From Bacteroidota bacterium (GTDB lineage Bacteria; Bacteroidota; Bacteroidia; Chitinophagales; Chitinophagaceae): DNA of 64,000 nucleotides. Location of the stretch: NCBI GenBank assembly GCA_037975805.1, contig JBANFX010000017.1:5569-69568 (forward strand). The letters run 5' to 3'. A model generated the notes under the pieces. The model had not been told where the DNA came from. It saw only the letters and a list, made by a program, of their open reading frames with translations, and did not search any database. Positions 41,386 to 51,106 of the stretch are shown piece after piece (the stretch's first letter is position 1; each line of letters opens with the position of its first letter). Both the position numbers and the translations under genes were made by a program.

Positions 41386-43383
41386 ATGTTTCGTTATAGG
41401 CCCATTTTTTTAGTTGCTTTTTTTGTGATGCTTTTACAAGTTAAAATGCATGCGCAGGGATATGGACCAAGCATGAATGGACGACAAGGTGGAGCAAGCA
41501 ATCAAACACCTGATTCTTTACAACGAAGAGATAAAAATGCCGACTCCATTACAATTTATTATAAGTTATATAATAACAATCTAATTCAAAAATTAGACAC
41601 TACTATTAATGATTTTTTTGTTCATTATCCCATTCCCTATACTTCTTTTAACTTAGGGAATTTGGGTACTGCTACTAGATCATATTTATTTAATGCCAAC
41701 AAGGTAGCGGGTTATGACGCAGGCTTTCATTCTTTTGATACTTATTTATATACTTTAGAAGAGACTCCAATATATCAAACCACAAGACCCTATACGGAGT
41801 TTGCTTATTTATTGGGTGGAAAGGGAGAGCAGTTGGTAGAAGTTAAGCATACGCAGAATAAACAACAGCAGTTTAATTTTTCATTTGAGTATCGTTTCAA
41901 CAATGCGCCGGGAAATGTAAAAAATCAAAATGCGAATGTGAATAATATGCGCATCACAGCCAATTATCAATCCAAGCGAAAAAGGTATGCTTCTAATTTG
42001 ATAATGCTTTTTAATAAAACAGCATCTTCCGAAAATGGGGGGTTGGTTAATACAAATTTATTAGACAGTTTAGCATTGAATGACCCCTATGAATTAGACA
42101 CAAGGCTTGGCATAAGTGGTGCTTCCTTTAGAAATCCGTTTAACACAAAAATTTCAACAGGTAATATTTATAATCAAAACACCATTGTTTGGAGAAATGC
42201 GTATGATTTTGGACAAAAAGATTCTATCGTAAAAGATACCATCACCACTCATTTGTTTTATCCAAGGCTTCGTTTGCAAAACGAGCTTAAATTAGTAACA
42301 AACGAGTATACTTTTGGAGATGTGCATCCTTCCATTGACAATTACTTACAATATTTTGGAACAGTAATAACGAATAGCGATACTATAAAGTACAATGATA
42401 GTTGGAAACTGCTCACCAATGAATTTAGTGTAATTAGCTATCCTGATAAAATGAATAGTAATCAGTTCTTGCAATTAGGATCGGGCTATACACAAATGAA
42501 TGCAAGTTATATTGGCAGAGCAGGTTGGAGTAATTATGATATATACGGATTTGCAGTATATAAGAATAAAACCAAGAATCAATTATGGGATTTATTGGCT
42601 TCTGGTAAATTATTTTTGAATGGGTTTCATGCAGGTGATTTTGATGCACAAGCATCATTGTCTAGAATTTTAAGTGCGAAGGGTACTTTTCTAAAACTTT
42701 CCTTTCAAAATGTAAATAGAACACCCTCAATGAATTTATTAGGGTACACTCAATTTCCTATTCAAGGTTTTAACGCAATTACAAAAGAAAATGCTACACT
42801 TTTAAATGGAGTCCTAGCCAATAAAAAAGATGGATGGGAGACCTCGGTTAGTTATCAGATGATTCAAAACTACAACTACTTTTCAAATGGATTTCGTCCA
42901 GTTGTATATGGCAGTTTGATGAGTTATTTAAGAGGTCAGGTAGAACATAAAATAAAAATAAGTAAATACTGGAACTGGTACGATCAAATTACATTACAAA
43001 TATTGGATCCAAACGCACCAGTTAATGTTCCTCTTGTTTTAACGAGGCAGCGTATTGCTTTTGAAGGTAATTTTTATAAAAATTTGGAACTATCTACAGG
43101 TTTAGAATTCATATACCATACCAATTATAAAGTGGACGGTTACATGCCTTTCACAAGTCAATTTTATAATCAAAATAGCTATACTACTCAAAATAGACCT
43201 ACGGCAAATGCTTTTTTGCATTTCATGATAAAACGTTTTAAAGGCTACATAAGACTAGAAAACTTGAATACTTTATTGCCTTCAAGTAAAACATTAGGTA
43301 ATACCTACAATTTTACCACCCAGCACTATCCTTCAACCGGTATGTGGTTTAGGGTAGGTATTTGGTGGAATTTCATTAATTAG
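41386..43383 (+). CDS. Putative outer-membrane beta-barrel porin (Bacteroidota 'putative porin' family)
   Basis: Signal peptide, LGNLG motif, TRPYTE, amphipathic strands and an aromatic C-terminus (FRVGIWWNFIN). Confidence 0.72.
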   Translation: MFRYRPIFLVAFFVMLLQVKMHAQGYGPSMNGRQGGASNQTPDSLQRRDKNADSITIYYKLYNNNLIQKLDTTINDFFVHYPIPYTSFNLGNLGTATRSYLFNANKVAGYDAGFHSFDTYLYTLEETPIYQTTRPYTEFAYLLGGKGEQLVEVKHTQNKQQQFNFSFEYRFNNAPGNVKNQNANVNNMRITANYQSKRKRYASNLIMLFNKTASSENGGLVNTNLLDSLALNDPYELDTRLGISGASFRNPFNTKISTGNIYNQNTIVWRNAYDFGQKDSIVKDTITTHLFYPRLRLQNELKLVTNEYTFGDVHPSIDNYLQYFGTVITNSDTIKYNDSWKLLTNEFSVISYPDKMNSNQFLQLGSGYTQMNASYIGRAGWSNYDIYGFAVYKNKTKNQLWDLLASGKLFLNGFHAGDFDAQASLSRILSAKGTFLKLSFQNVNRTPSMNLLGYTQFPIQGFNAITKENATLLNGVLANKKDGWETSVSYQMIQNYNYFSNGFRPVVYGSLMSYLRGQVEHKIKISKYWNWYDQITLQILDPNAPVNVPLVLTRQRIAFEGNFYKNLELSTGLEFIYHTNYKVDGYMPFTSQFYNQNSYTTQNRPTANAFLHFMIKRFKGYIRLENLNTLLPSSKTLGNTYNFTTQHYPSTGMWFRVGIWWNFIN

Positions 43384-43485
43384 TCCTTTTTTGGGGGAAT
43401 ATTTGGGCCTCTATTTTAGGTGATTTAGTTGTAACTTTATTTGAGAATAAATTCATTATCTTATAAATATTTAAAAAATTAACAC

Positions 43486-43818
43486 ATGAAAAAGAGTTTA
43501 GTAATGTTAACCGTTTTCTTATTGTCAGGGGTATTTGTGTTTGCACAAACGCCCACTACCATTAAAGTATCTGGTAATTGTGGTTCTTGTAAAAAAAGTA
43601 TTGAAAAAGCAGCTAAAGATGCGGGGGCTACCACTGCAACTTGGGATAAAGTTACCAAGCTACTTTCCCTAACTTTTGATGCAAATAAGACAAATACGGA
43701 TAAAATTGAAACTGCCATTGCAGGAGTGGGATATGATACCGAGCACAAGGAAGCTACAGAAGCAGCCTATAAAAAGCTAGACGAATGCTGTCAATACGAT
43801 AGAAAGAAAAAAAATTAA
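43486..43818 (+). CDS. Exported heavy-metal-associated (HMA) domain protein
   Basis: Signal peptide, GNCGSCKKSIE (CxxC) and a C-terminal LDECCQY motif. Confidence 0.88.
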   Translation: MKKSLVMLTVFLLSGVFVFAQTPTTIKVSGNCGSCKKSIEKAAKDAGATTATWDKVTKLLSLTFDANKTNTDKIETAIAGVGYDTEHKEATEAAYKKLDECCQYDRKKKN

Positions 43819-43825
43819 GTTCTAT

Positions 43826-43857
43826 AAAAAAGCCCTCCTGTAAATGAGGGCTTTTTT
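43826..43857 (+). terminator. Intrinsic terminator after the HMA gene
   Basis: AAAAAAGCCCTC-ctgtaaat-GAGGGCTTTTTT. Confidence 0.85.
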
Positions 43858-43920
43858 ATAGGCTTGATCCATGCTTTTAGGCAATTAATCCCCCTTGTAT
43901 TTTAAAAGCCATAAATTTTG

Positions 43921-43928
43921 TAACTTTA
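43921..43928 (+). promoter_or_regulatory. -7 promoter element (TAACTTTA), 4 nt upstream of GTG 43933
   Basis: TAACTTTA-gaag-GTG. Confidence 0.55.
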
Positions 43929-43932
43929 GAAG

Positions 43933-44319
43933 GTGAAAAACTTAATTGTCATATTTCTCAGTTCGCTCTACTTTTTAGGTGCCACTGAAGCGTATCAATT
44001 GCTCAAAGTTCCCAATTTGTTTGAGCATTATAAAACGCATCAGCAATTTGAGCAAGGCTTAAGTTTTTCCAAGTTTATTAAAATGCATTATTTCCAGGAA
44101 CAAACTTATGATAACGATTATCAACAAGACATGCAATTGCCTTTTAAATCATCTAATCGTACTGTTTCCTTATTAAATTTTGTGACTTTATTCGCTCCAA
44201 AAATTTCTTTGGCAAGCGCTATCATATTTCCAGATGCGAAAGCATATTTACACTTTAATGACGAAAAGCATTTGTCCATGAATCATGGAAATATTTTTCA
44301 GCCTCCACGATTTTCATAG
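43933..44319 (+). CDS. His-rich hypothetical protein upstream of czcA, ending in QPP; candidate regulatory leader ORF
   Basis: Hydrophobic N-terminus, 6 His and 0 Cys (EHYKTH, MHY), DMQLPFK, and C-terminus IFQPPRFS. Confidence 0.7.
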   Translation: MKNLIVIFLSSLYFLGATEAYQLLKVPNLFEHYKTHQQFEQGLSFSKFIKMHYFQEQTYDNDYQQDMQLPFKSSNRTVSLLNFVTLFAPKISLASAIIFPDAKAYLHFNDEKHLSMNHGNIFQPPRFS

Positions 44320-44377
44320 TCGCCTCTTTTTTCTTACACGAACTGTGTAAATTTCCATCATTATTGAACTATTTTTT

Positions 44378-47300
44378 ATGTTAAATAAAATAATTGCTTA
44401 TTCTATTAAGAATAAGTTAATCATAGGATTATTTGTAATAGCACTTGTGGGTTGGGGTGTTTATGAGGTTACTAAATTGCCTATAGATGCTGTTCCGGAT
44501 ATTACGGACAATCAGGTACAGGTAATTACGGTGTCGCCCTCACTTGGCGCAAATGATATTGAGCGACTGGTTACTTTCCCTATTGAGCAAGCATGTAGCA
44601 GCATACCAGGCACAAAACAAATAAGAAGTTTTTCTCGTTTTGGCTTGTCTTTAATTACCATTGTTTTTAATGACAACATTGATATTTATTGGGCAAGACA
44701 ACAAATAAGTGAAAAATTACAAAAAGTACAACAGGACATTCCACCTGGCACAGGCTCCCCTGAATTAGCACCTGTTTCCACAGGCTTGGGCGAAATTTAT
44801 CAATATGTAGTGAGACCCTTAAAAGGGTATGAGCAAAAATTTGATGCTATGCAGTTAAGGACCATTCAGGATTGGATTGTTCGAAGACAACTCATAGGCA
44901 CACCAGGGGTTGCAGAGGTAGCTAGTTTTGGTGGCAAATTAAAGCAATATGAAATTGCTGTAAGACAAGAACAATTAAAAGCATATGGATTAACCATCAC
45001 TGATATTTTTGATGCCCTCGAAAAAAACAACCAAAATACTGGTGGTGCTTATATTGAAAAAGGGCCAACTGTATTGTATATCCGCAGTGAAGGGTTAACA
45101 ACCAATCTCGAGGATATCAATAAGATTGTAATAAAAGTATTAGATAATGGAACTCCCTTGTTAATAAGAGATGTTGCTAAAGTTCAGTTTGGGGCAGCTA
45201 TTCGATATGGAGCTATGACTTTTAATGATAATGGGGAAGTTGCTGGCGCTGTTGTGATGATGCTAAAAGGTGAAAATTCCTCTGCGGTAGTTAATCGTGT
45301 AAAAGAAAAAGTAGCGCAAATTCAAAAAATGTTGCCAGAAGGTGTAGTGATTGAGCCTTTTTTGGATAGGACAAAAATGGTAAACAATGCCATTAAAACA
45401 GTTGAGACCAACTTGCTGGAAGGCGCATTAATTGTGATTTTTGTACTTGTATTTTTCCTGGGTAACATAAGAGCTGGACTCATCGTATCCTCTGTAATAC
45501 CGCTTTCCATGTTATTTGCCATTATTCTAATGAATATGTTTGGCGTGGGTGGAAATTTAATGTCTTTAGGTGCAATTGATTTTGGACTTATTGTGGATGG
45601 GTCTGTAATTGTAGTGGAAGCTATTTTACATAGATTTTCACATTCAAAACATTTTAGAAATTTGGTTAGTGTGAACCAAGAGGATATGGATGCAGAAGTT
45701 GGTAAATCCACAGGATCGATGATAAAGTCTGCTGTGTTTAGTCAAATTATTATTCTTATTGTGTATTTGCCAATTTTATCATTGCAAGGTATTGAAGGAA
45801 AAATGTTTAAACCTATGGCATTTACCATTGCCTTTGCCATTTTAGGGGCGTTTATTTTATCTATTACCTATGTGCCTATGATGGCTGCTTTATGCTTGAA
45901 TAAAAAGTTAAACCATAAAGCAAGTTTAGCAGATAAACTTATGCGTTTTTTAGAAAGAAGGTATCAGCCATTATTAAGTTTAGTTTTAAAATTCCCCAAA
46001 ACTGTAATTGTGTCAACAGTTAGTTTATTCACCATAGCAGTGGTCATATTATTGAATATGGGAGGAGAATTTATACCACAATTAGAAGAGGGAGACTTTG
46101 CTGTAGAAACAAGGGTATTAACTGGCAGTAATTTAAACAACACCATTGAGTCCACTCAAAAAGCTTCCAAATTATTATTACAAAATTTTCCAGAGGTTGA
46201 AAAAATTGTAACCAAAATAGGAAGTGCCGAAATTCCAACCGACCCAATGCCTTTTGAAGCTGGAGACATGATGGTAATTCTAAAAGATAAAAAAGAGTGG
46301 GTATCTGCAGGATCATTTAGCGAGTTAAGCATGAAAATGACTAAGGTATTGGAACAAGTACCAGGAATTACAGTAGGTTTTCAATTTCCCGTTCAAATGC
46401 GCTTTAATGAATTAATGACGGGTGCAAGACAGGATGTAGTTTGTAAAATTTATGGCGAAAATTTAGACAGCCTCACGAAATATGCAGGCGCTTTAAATGA
46501 AATAATTCAAACGGTGGATGGTGCTGTAAATATTTATGAAGAAAAGGTTACGGGTATGCCACAAGTAGTTATTAAATACAATAGAGACGGAATGGCAAAG
46601 TATGGATTAAATGTAGAAGATATAAATAGAGTTGTAAATAGCGCTTTTGCTGGGCAAATTGCAGGCCAGGTGTATGAGGATGAGAAACGTTTTGATATGG
46701 TTGTGCGATTAGATGGAGATGTTCGAAAAAATATAAGCGATATTAATAACTTATCCATCACTACTTCCAAAGGCTTGCCCATTCCTTTATCAACCGTCGC
46801 GAGTATTGAGCAAATTGAGGGTGTAAACCAAATACAAAGAGAAAATACAAAGCGAAGAATTATTGTAGGATTTAATGTAAATGGGAAAGATGTTCAAACT
46901 ATTGTAAAAGAATTGCAAAGTAAAATCAATAAAAATTTACAATTATCAAAAGGCTATACCATTGAATATGGTGGATCTTTTGAAAATATGACTGCAGCAA
47001 AAGAACGATTGTCAATAGTTGTACCTATTGCTTTATTATTAATATTCTTATTGCTTTACTTTGCATTTGGATCGGCAAAGCAGGGACTACTTATATACAC
47101 TGCAATACCCTTATCTGCCATGGGGGGCATTTTTGCATTGTCGGCAAGGTCCATGCCATTTAGTATTTCTGCAGGGGTTGGCTTTATTGCATTGTTTGGC
47201 GTTGCAGTATTAAATGGTATTTTGTTGGTTTCTGAGTTTAATAGGTTAAAAGCGGAAGGTTGGTATGACGTTACAAGAATAGTTATACATGCTACCAAAT

Positions 47301-48742
47301 CAAAATTAAGAGCGGTCCTTATGACTGCCTTGGTACCTGCACTTGGATTTATTCCAATGGCAATAAGTACCGGAGCGGGTGGTGAGGTTCAAAAGCCATT
47401 GGCTACCGTTGTTATTGGAGGTTTAATTATTTCCACATTGCTAACTTTATTTGTATTACCAGTTATGTATATTTTATTTGAAAAAGGAGTGAAAAAAGTA
47501 AGTAAAAGTAGCGCAGTTTTAAGTTTAATTGGAATGGGTTTGATATTGCATATTGGAGCAATGGCTCAATCTAAAATTACTGTAAATGCAGCAATTGATT
47601 CTACTTTAAAAAATAATGCATTTGCTAAAGTTGCAGCAGCTCAGGTAGATTACTATAAAGCCCTGAAAAAAACAAGTGTTGATATAGATAAAACAGATAT
47701 TGGATTTGGCTATGGGAAAATTAATAGTAATTATAATGATAATGCAATTAATATTTCTCAAAATATTCAGTTCCCTACTGTTTATAAATATCAAGCAGCT
47801 ATCAATAACGCCAATATTGAAATAAGCAACCTCAATAAATTGCAAAAAGAAGTTGAGCTTAAATCTTTGGTTAAAAAACAGTATTATCATTTAGTGCTAT
47901 TGCAACAAAAAAGAAGTTTGTTAAAAGTGGCAGATAGTATATATGCCTCCTTTGTTTTAAGAGCAGTTCAAAAGTTTAATGCGGGTAATGCAGACTTAAT
48001 TGAAAAAATCACTGCAGAAAATCAATTAAATCAAATAAAAAGCCAACTACAGTCTATTCAAATTGGGTATCAGGTTGCATTAAATCAGTTTAATGTTTTG
48101 ATGAATACACAAATACAGTATGAGCCATACTTTGATAACAATATTTTGCTTTTAACTTCCATTCCAGATATGCTTGTATTGGAGCAATCCCCTGCTTTAA
48201 GACTTCAAGCGGCAAATATTACAAAAGCAGAACAACATGTAAAGCTTGAAAAAAGTAAACTGATACCAAGTTTAAATATGGGGTATAACTCCTTAACCAT
48301 TACAGGATGGCAAACTACTCCTCAAAACACAGATCGTTATTTTGGATCGAATCAAAGGTTCGGATCATTTAATATTGGGTTATCTGTTCCTTTATTTGCT
48401 GCTGCTCAAAAGGCAAGAATTAATGCTGGGAATATTGCCATCACCCAAAATAAATTAGAACAAAAAGCAGTGACACAACAATTACAGAATAATTTGTTGG
48501 ATGCAATTGCCATGTATTTACAAAATAAAAAAGTAGTAGAGGAATATCAACGAAATATTTTACCTAATACTAAAATTTTAATCGAATCTGCTTCCAAAAA
48601 GTTGAATGCAGGAGAAATTAATTATTTGGAATGGGTGATGCTAATTAATCAAGCCATCCAAGGACAAAACGAATATTTAGGATACGTTCAACAGCTTAAT
48701 GACGCTGCCGTAGAAGTAGAAAAATTAAGCATAAACAATTAA
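44378..48742 (+). CDS. czcA: CusA/CzcA-family heavy-metal efflux RND transporter fused to a C-terminal TolC-like outer-membrane factor
   Basis: LPIDAVPDIT, GAIDFGLIVDG, GEFIPQLEEGD and QKPLATVVIGG motifs (about 1030 aa RND part), followed by about 400 aa of helical OMF-like sequence. Confidence 0.92.
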   Translation: MLNKIIAYSIKNKLIIGLFVIALVGWGVYEVTKLPIDAVPDITDNQVQVITVSPSLGANDIERLVTFPIEQACSSIPGTKQIRSFSRFGLSLITIVFNDNIDIYWARQQISEKLQKVQQDIPPGTGSPELAPVSTGLGEIYQYVVRPLKGYEQKFDAMQLRTIQDWIVRRQLIGTPGVAEVASFGGKLKQYEIAVRQEQLKAYGLTITDIFDALEKNNQNTGGAYIEKGPTVLYIRSEGLTTNLEDINKIVIKVLDNGTPLLIRDVAKVQFGAAIRYGAMTFNDNGEVAGAVVMMLKGENSSAVVNRVKEKVAQIQKMLPEGVVIEPFLDRTKMVNNAIKTVETNLLEGALIVIFVLVFFLGNIRAGLIVSSVIPLSMLFAIILMNMFGVGGNLMSLGAIDFGLIVDGSVIVVEAILHRFSHSKHFRNLVSVNQEDMDAEVGKSTGSMIKSAVFSQIIILIVYLPILSLQGIEGKMFKPMAFTIAFAILGAFILSITYVPMMAALCLNKKLNHKASLADKLMRFLERRYQPLLSLVLKFPKTVIVSTVSLFTIAVVILLNMGGEFIPQLEEGDFAVETRVLTGSNLNNTIESTQKASKLLLQNFPEVEKIVTKIGSAEIPTDPMPFEAGDMMVILKDKKEWVSAGSFSELSMKMTKVLEQVPGITVGFQFPVQMRFNELMTGARQDVVCKIYGENLDSLTKYAGALNEIIQTVDGAVNIYEEKVTGMPQVVIKYNRDGMAKYGLNVEDINRVVNSAFAGQIAGQVYEDEKRFDMVVRLDGDVRKNISDINNLSITTSKGLPIPLSTVASIEQIEGVNQIQRENTKRRIIVGFNVNGKDVQTIVKELQSKINKNLQLSKGYTIEYGGSFENMTAAKERLSIVVPIALLLIFLLLYFAFGSAKQGLLIYTAIPLSAMGGIFALSARSMPFSISAGVGFIALFGVAVLNGILLVSEFNRLKAEGWYDVTRIVIHATKSKLRAVLMTALVPALGFIPMAISTGAGGEVQKPLATVVIGGLIISTLLTLFVLPVMYILFEKGVKKVSKSSAVLSLIGMGLILHIGAMAQSKITVNAAIDSTLKNNAFAKVAAAQVDYYKALKKTSVDIDKTDIGFGYGKINSNYNDNAINISQNIQFPTVYKYQAAINNANIEISNLNKLQKEVELKSLVKKQYYHLVLLQQKRSLLKVADSIYASFVLRAVQKFNAGNADLIEKITAENQLNQIKSQLQSIQIGYQVALNQFNVLMNTQIQYEPYFDNNILLLTSIPDMLVLEQSPALRLQAANITKAEQHVKLEKSKLIPSLNMGYNSLTITGWQTTPQNTDRYFGSNQRFGSFNIGLSVPLFAAAQKARINAGNIAITQNKLEQKAVTQQLQNNLLDAIAMYLQNKKVVEEYQRNILPNTKILIESASKKLNAGEINYLEWVMLINQAIQGQNEYLGYVQQLNDAAVEVEKLSINN

Positions 48743-48753
48743 TACAAATTATT

Positions 48754-49893
48754 ATGAAATACAATTTTAACATTCTTATTTTTTCAAGCATCATTCTTTT
48801 TGCTTGCACCGGTAAAAAAGTATCGAATGCGGAGGCAAATGCTGGGCAGTTAGTAGATTCGGCTAAAGGGGAATTAGTGATGCTAACTGAAGCGCAATTA
48901 AAAAATGCTAATTTGACCCTAGGTTTGGTTTTGGATACTGCGGTACAACAATTATTGAAAGTGAACGGACACATGGATGTTCCACCAAGCAATATTGTTT
49001 CCATAAGTATACCAATGGGAGGATATTTAAAAAAGACCAATCTCATTCCAGGTTCGCAAGTTAAAAAAGGAGATGTAATTGCTACCCTCGAAGACCCTTC
49101 ATTTATAGAGCTTCAGCAAAACTATTTAACGGCTATAAGCAAGTTGACTTATTTGGAAGCAGATTATACAAGACAAAAAGGGCTGAATGAATCAAAAACA
49201 GTAAGTGATAAAGTATATCAGGCTGCAAAAAGTGACTTTGAAACACAAAAGTATTTAGTGAAGTCTTTAAGTGAAAAATTAAAGCTGATTGGTTTAAACC
49301 CTGCGTCTTTAAATGAAGAAAATATTTCAAGGGCTGTAAATTTTTATGCGCCTATTAGTGGTTATGTAACTAAAGTGAATGTTAATATTGGTAAATATGT
49401 TACACCTACTGATGTTTTATTTGAAATTATTGATCCAAGTGATTTACACCTTCGACTTACGGTTTTGGATAATGATGCAGCCAATTTGCAGATTGGAAAC
49501 ACTGTTAGCTTTTATGCAAATAATAATGTGAATGAGCGATTTATTGCACACGTTGCAGTAATTACTCCTAATATCAACGAAGAAAGCACTACCGATGTGC
49601 ACTGTCATTTAGTAAATGAAAATATTAAATTATTCCCAGGTACTTTTGTTAACGCGGAAGTGGCATTAAATAATGCAAGGGTAAAAGCATTGCCTGAAGA
49701 TGCAATTGTAAAGTGGCAGAACAAGGATTTTGTTTTTGTAAAACAAACCCATTTAAGTTATAAATTAATACCGGTGGAAACGGGGGCGCATTCAAGTGGG
49801 TTAGTGGCACTTAAAACTGATTTAGGGAATCAGGAAATAGTAACTAAGAATGCATTTACTTTATTAATGAAATTAAAGAATAATGCAGAATAA
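48754..49893 (+). CDS. czcB: RND efflux periplasmic adaptor subunit (CzcB/CusB-like lipoprotein)
   Basis: Lipobox LFAC, GQVKKG-like biotinyl-lipoyl motif, APISGYV and PGTFV motifs. Confidence 0.88.
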   Translation: MKYNFNILIFSSIILFACTGKKVSNAEANAGQLVDSAKGELVMLTEAQLKNANLTLGLVLDTAVQQLLKVNGHMDVPPSNIVSISIPMGGYLKKTNLIPGSQVKKGDVIATLEDPSFIELQQNYLTAISKLTYLEADYTRQKGLNESKTVSDKVYQAAKSDFETQKYLVKSLSEKLKLIGLNPASLNEENISRAVNFYAPISGYVTKVNVNIGKYVTPTDVLFEIIDPSDLHLRLTVLDNDAANLQIGNTVSFYANNNVNERFIAHVAVITPNINEESTTDVHCHLVNENIKLFPGTFVNAEVALNNARVKALPEDAIVKWQNKDFVFVKQTHLSYKLIPVETGAHSSGLVALKTDLGNQEIVTKNAFTLLMKLKNNAE

Positions 49894-49909
49894 AGGTTTG
49901 AATTAAACA

Positions 49910-51106
49910 CTAATCTATTTCAAAATAAGCAAGACTGCCACCTACCCAGGTGGCATTTGCGTTATAACTCACGCCTATCATTTTGCCTTTGCTTAAACGG
50001 GCTAAATTCATTGTAGCAACATACGTTTGAGTATTGGCATTCCAAAAGTAGAAAAGCCTAATTTCAGTTTTTGCCGGGCCTGATGGTGTTTCAATCACTG
50101 GTGCATAGTTCACTTTTTCTTGTAAAATCCAATTTTCAGGATCTTCAACGCGTGCAATATCATTAGGGGTAAGGTCAATTATTACACCTTGTCCAGCGTA
50201 AGAGAATAGTGGCTTCAACACATAATTCTCTAAATCTTTTGGCAAACTGTTTATAGCAGATAGAAACTGCGTATACGGTACAGCACTACTTTTCAAAAAG
50301 GGGATGGTAAATTTACTAATTCTGTAGTAATGATTCGGATGCGTGACCCATTCTATATCCAATGTGTCTAATAATAATTTTCCTTTTGCTTGTATATTTT
50401 CTGATTGTTTATCGAGTTCATCCCAAACAACTCTATTGTAAATTCTTTCTATTTTATAATTAATACCTGATCGTGCATAAAAAAGTTCATGATCAATTAC
50501 AAAAACTTCACTTAAGCAAACAATAGGGATATCTAATAATTTTTGTGTAATATAAAAGTCAATTTTTGTTTTTTGTTCATGGGGAAATAATTCAAGCAAG
50601 ACAGTGTGTTTATTTTGTATGCCCTTTATCATTTTTTTCAAATGTGCTAAATACAGGGATTCATCATAATTATTTAAATAGGGACTATATCCTTTAGGGA
50701 TTTCAAAATTTTGTCTTAATACCCTGTCATGAAACCATTCAAATCCAAAAAGGGAAGGAAAGCCCTGTAATTCAATTAATTTTGGTGTTATCTCGCCATT
50801 TTTATTTTCACAGATAGCAAAATCCATTACAATACATTCAGGCAATCCTTTTTCATTGGGAGGTGTTAAAACTTGTTGAAATGACTTTTCTGTTTCTTGC
50901 TTAAATTCGGGTCCAGTTATAAAAGCGCCTATTTCATTCCCTGCTTTTATTAATTTATGTTTTGTAGCAGCATTTATAAATATGGGTGTTTCTGCCAATC
51001 TAAATTCAATGCATTTTGGGCATTCTTTTTCAATTTCAGCCAACATTTGTTGATACTTACGTTCTCTGAAGCTTTGGTTAAATTTATTTCTGATAGCAGC
51101 AATCAT
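49910..51106 (-). CDS. Uncharacterised ATP-grasp ligase (glutathionylspermidine-synthase-like / circularly permuted type)
   Basis: DFAI...KLIELQG, RIYNR, HPNHYYRISK, VLKPLFSYAGQGV, ILQEKVNY and EIR motifs. Confidence 0.7.
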   Translation of the reverse strand: MIAAIRNKFNQSFRERKYQQMLAEIEKECPKCIEFRLAETPIFINAATKHKLIKAGNEIGAFITGPEFKQETEKSFQQVLTPPNEKGLPECIVMDFAICENKNGEITPKLIELQGFPSLFGFEWFHDRVLRQNFEIPKGYSPYLNNYDESLYLAHLKKMIKGIQNKHTVLLELFPHEQKTKIDFYITQKLLDIPIVCLSEVFVIDHELFYARSGINYKIERIYNRVVWDELDKQSENIQAKGKLLLDTLDIEWVTHPNHYYRISKFTIPFLKSSAVPYTQFLSAINSLPKDLENYVLKPLFSYAGQGVIIDLTPNDIARVEDPENWILQEKVNYAPVIETPSGPAKTEIRLFYFWNANTQTYVATMNLARLSKGKMIGVSYNANATWVGGSLAYFEID

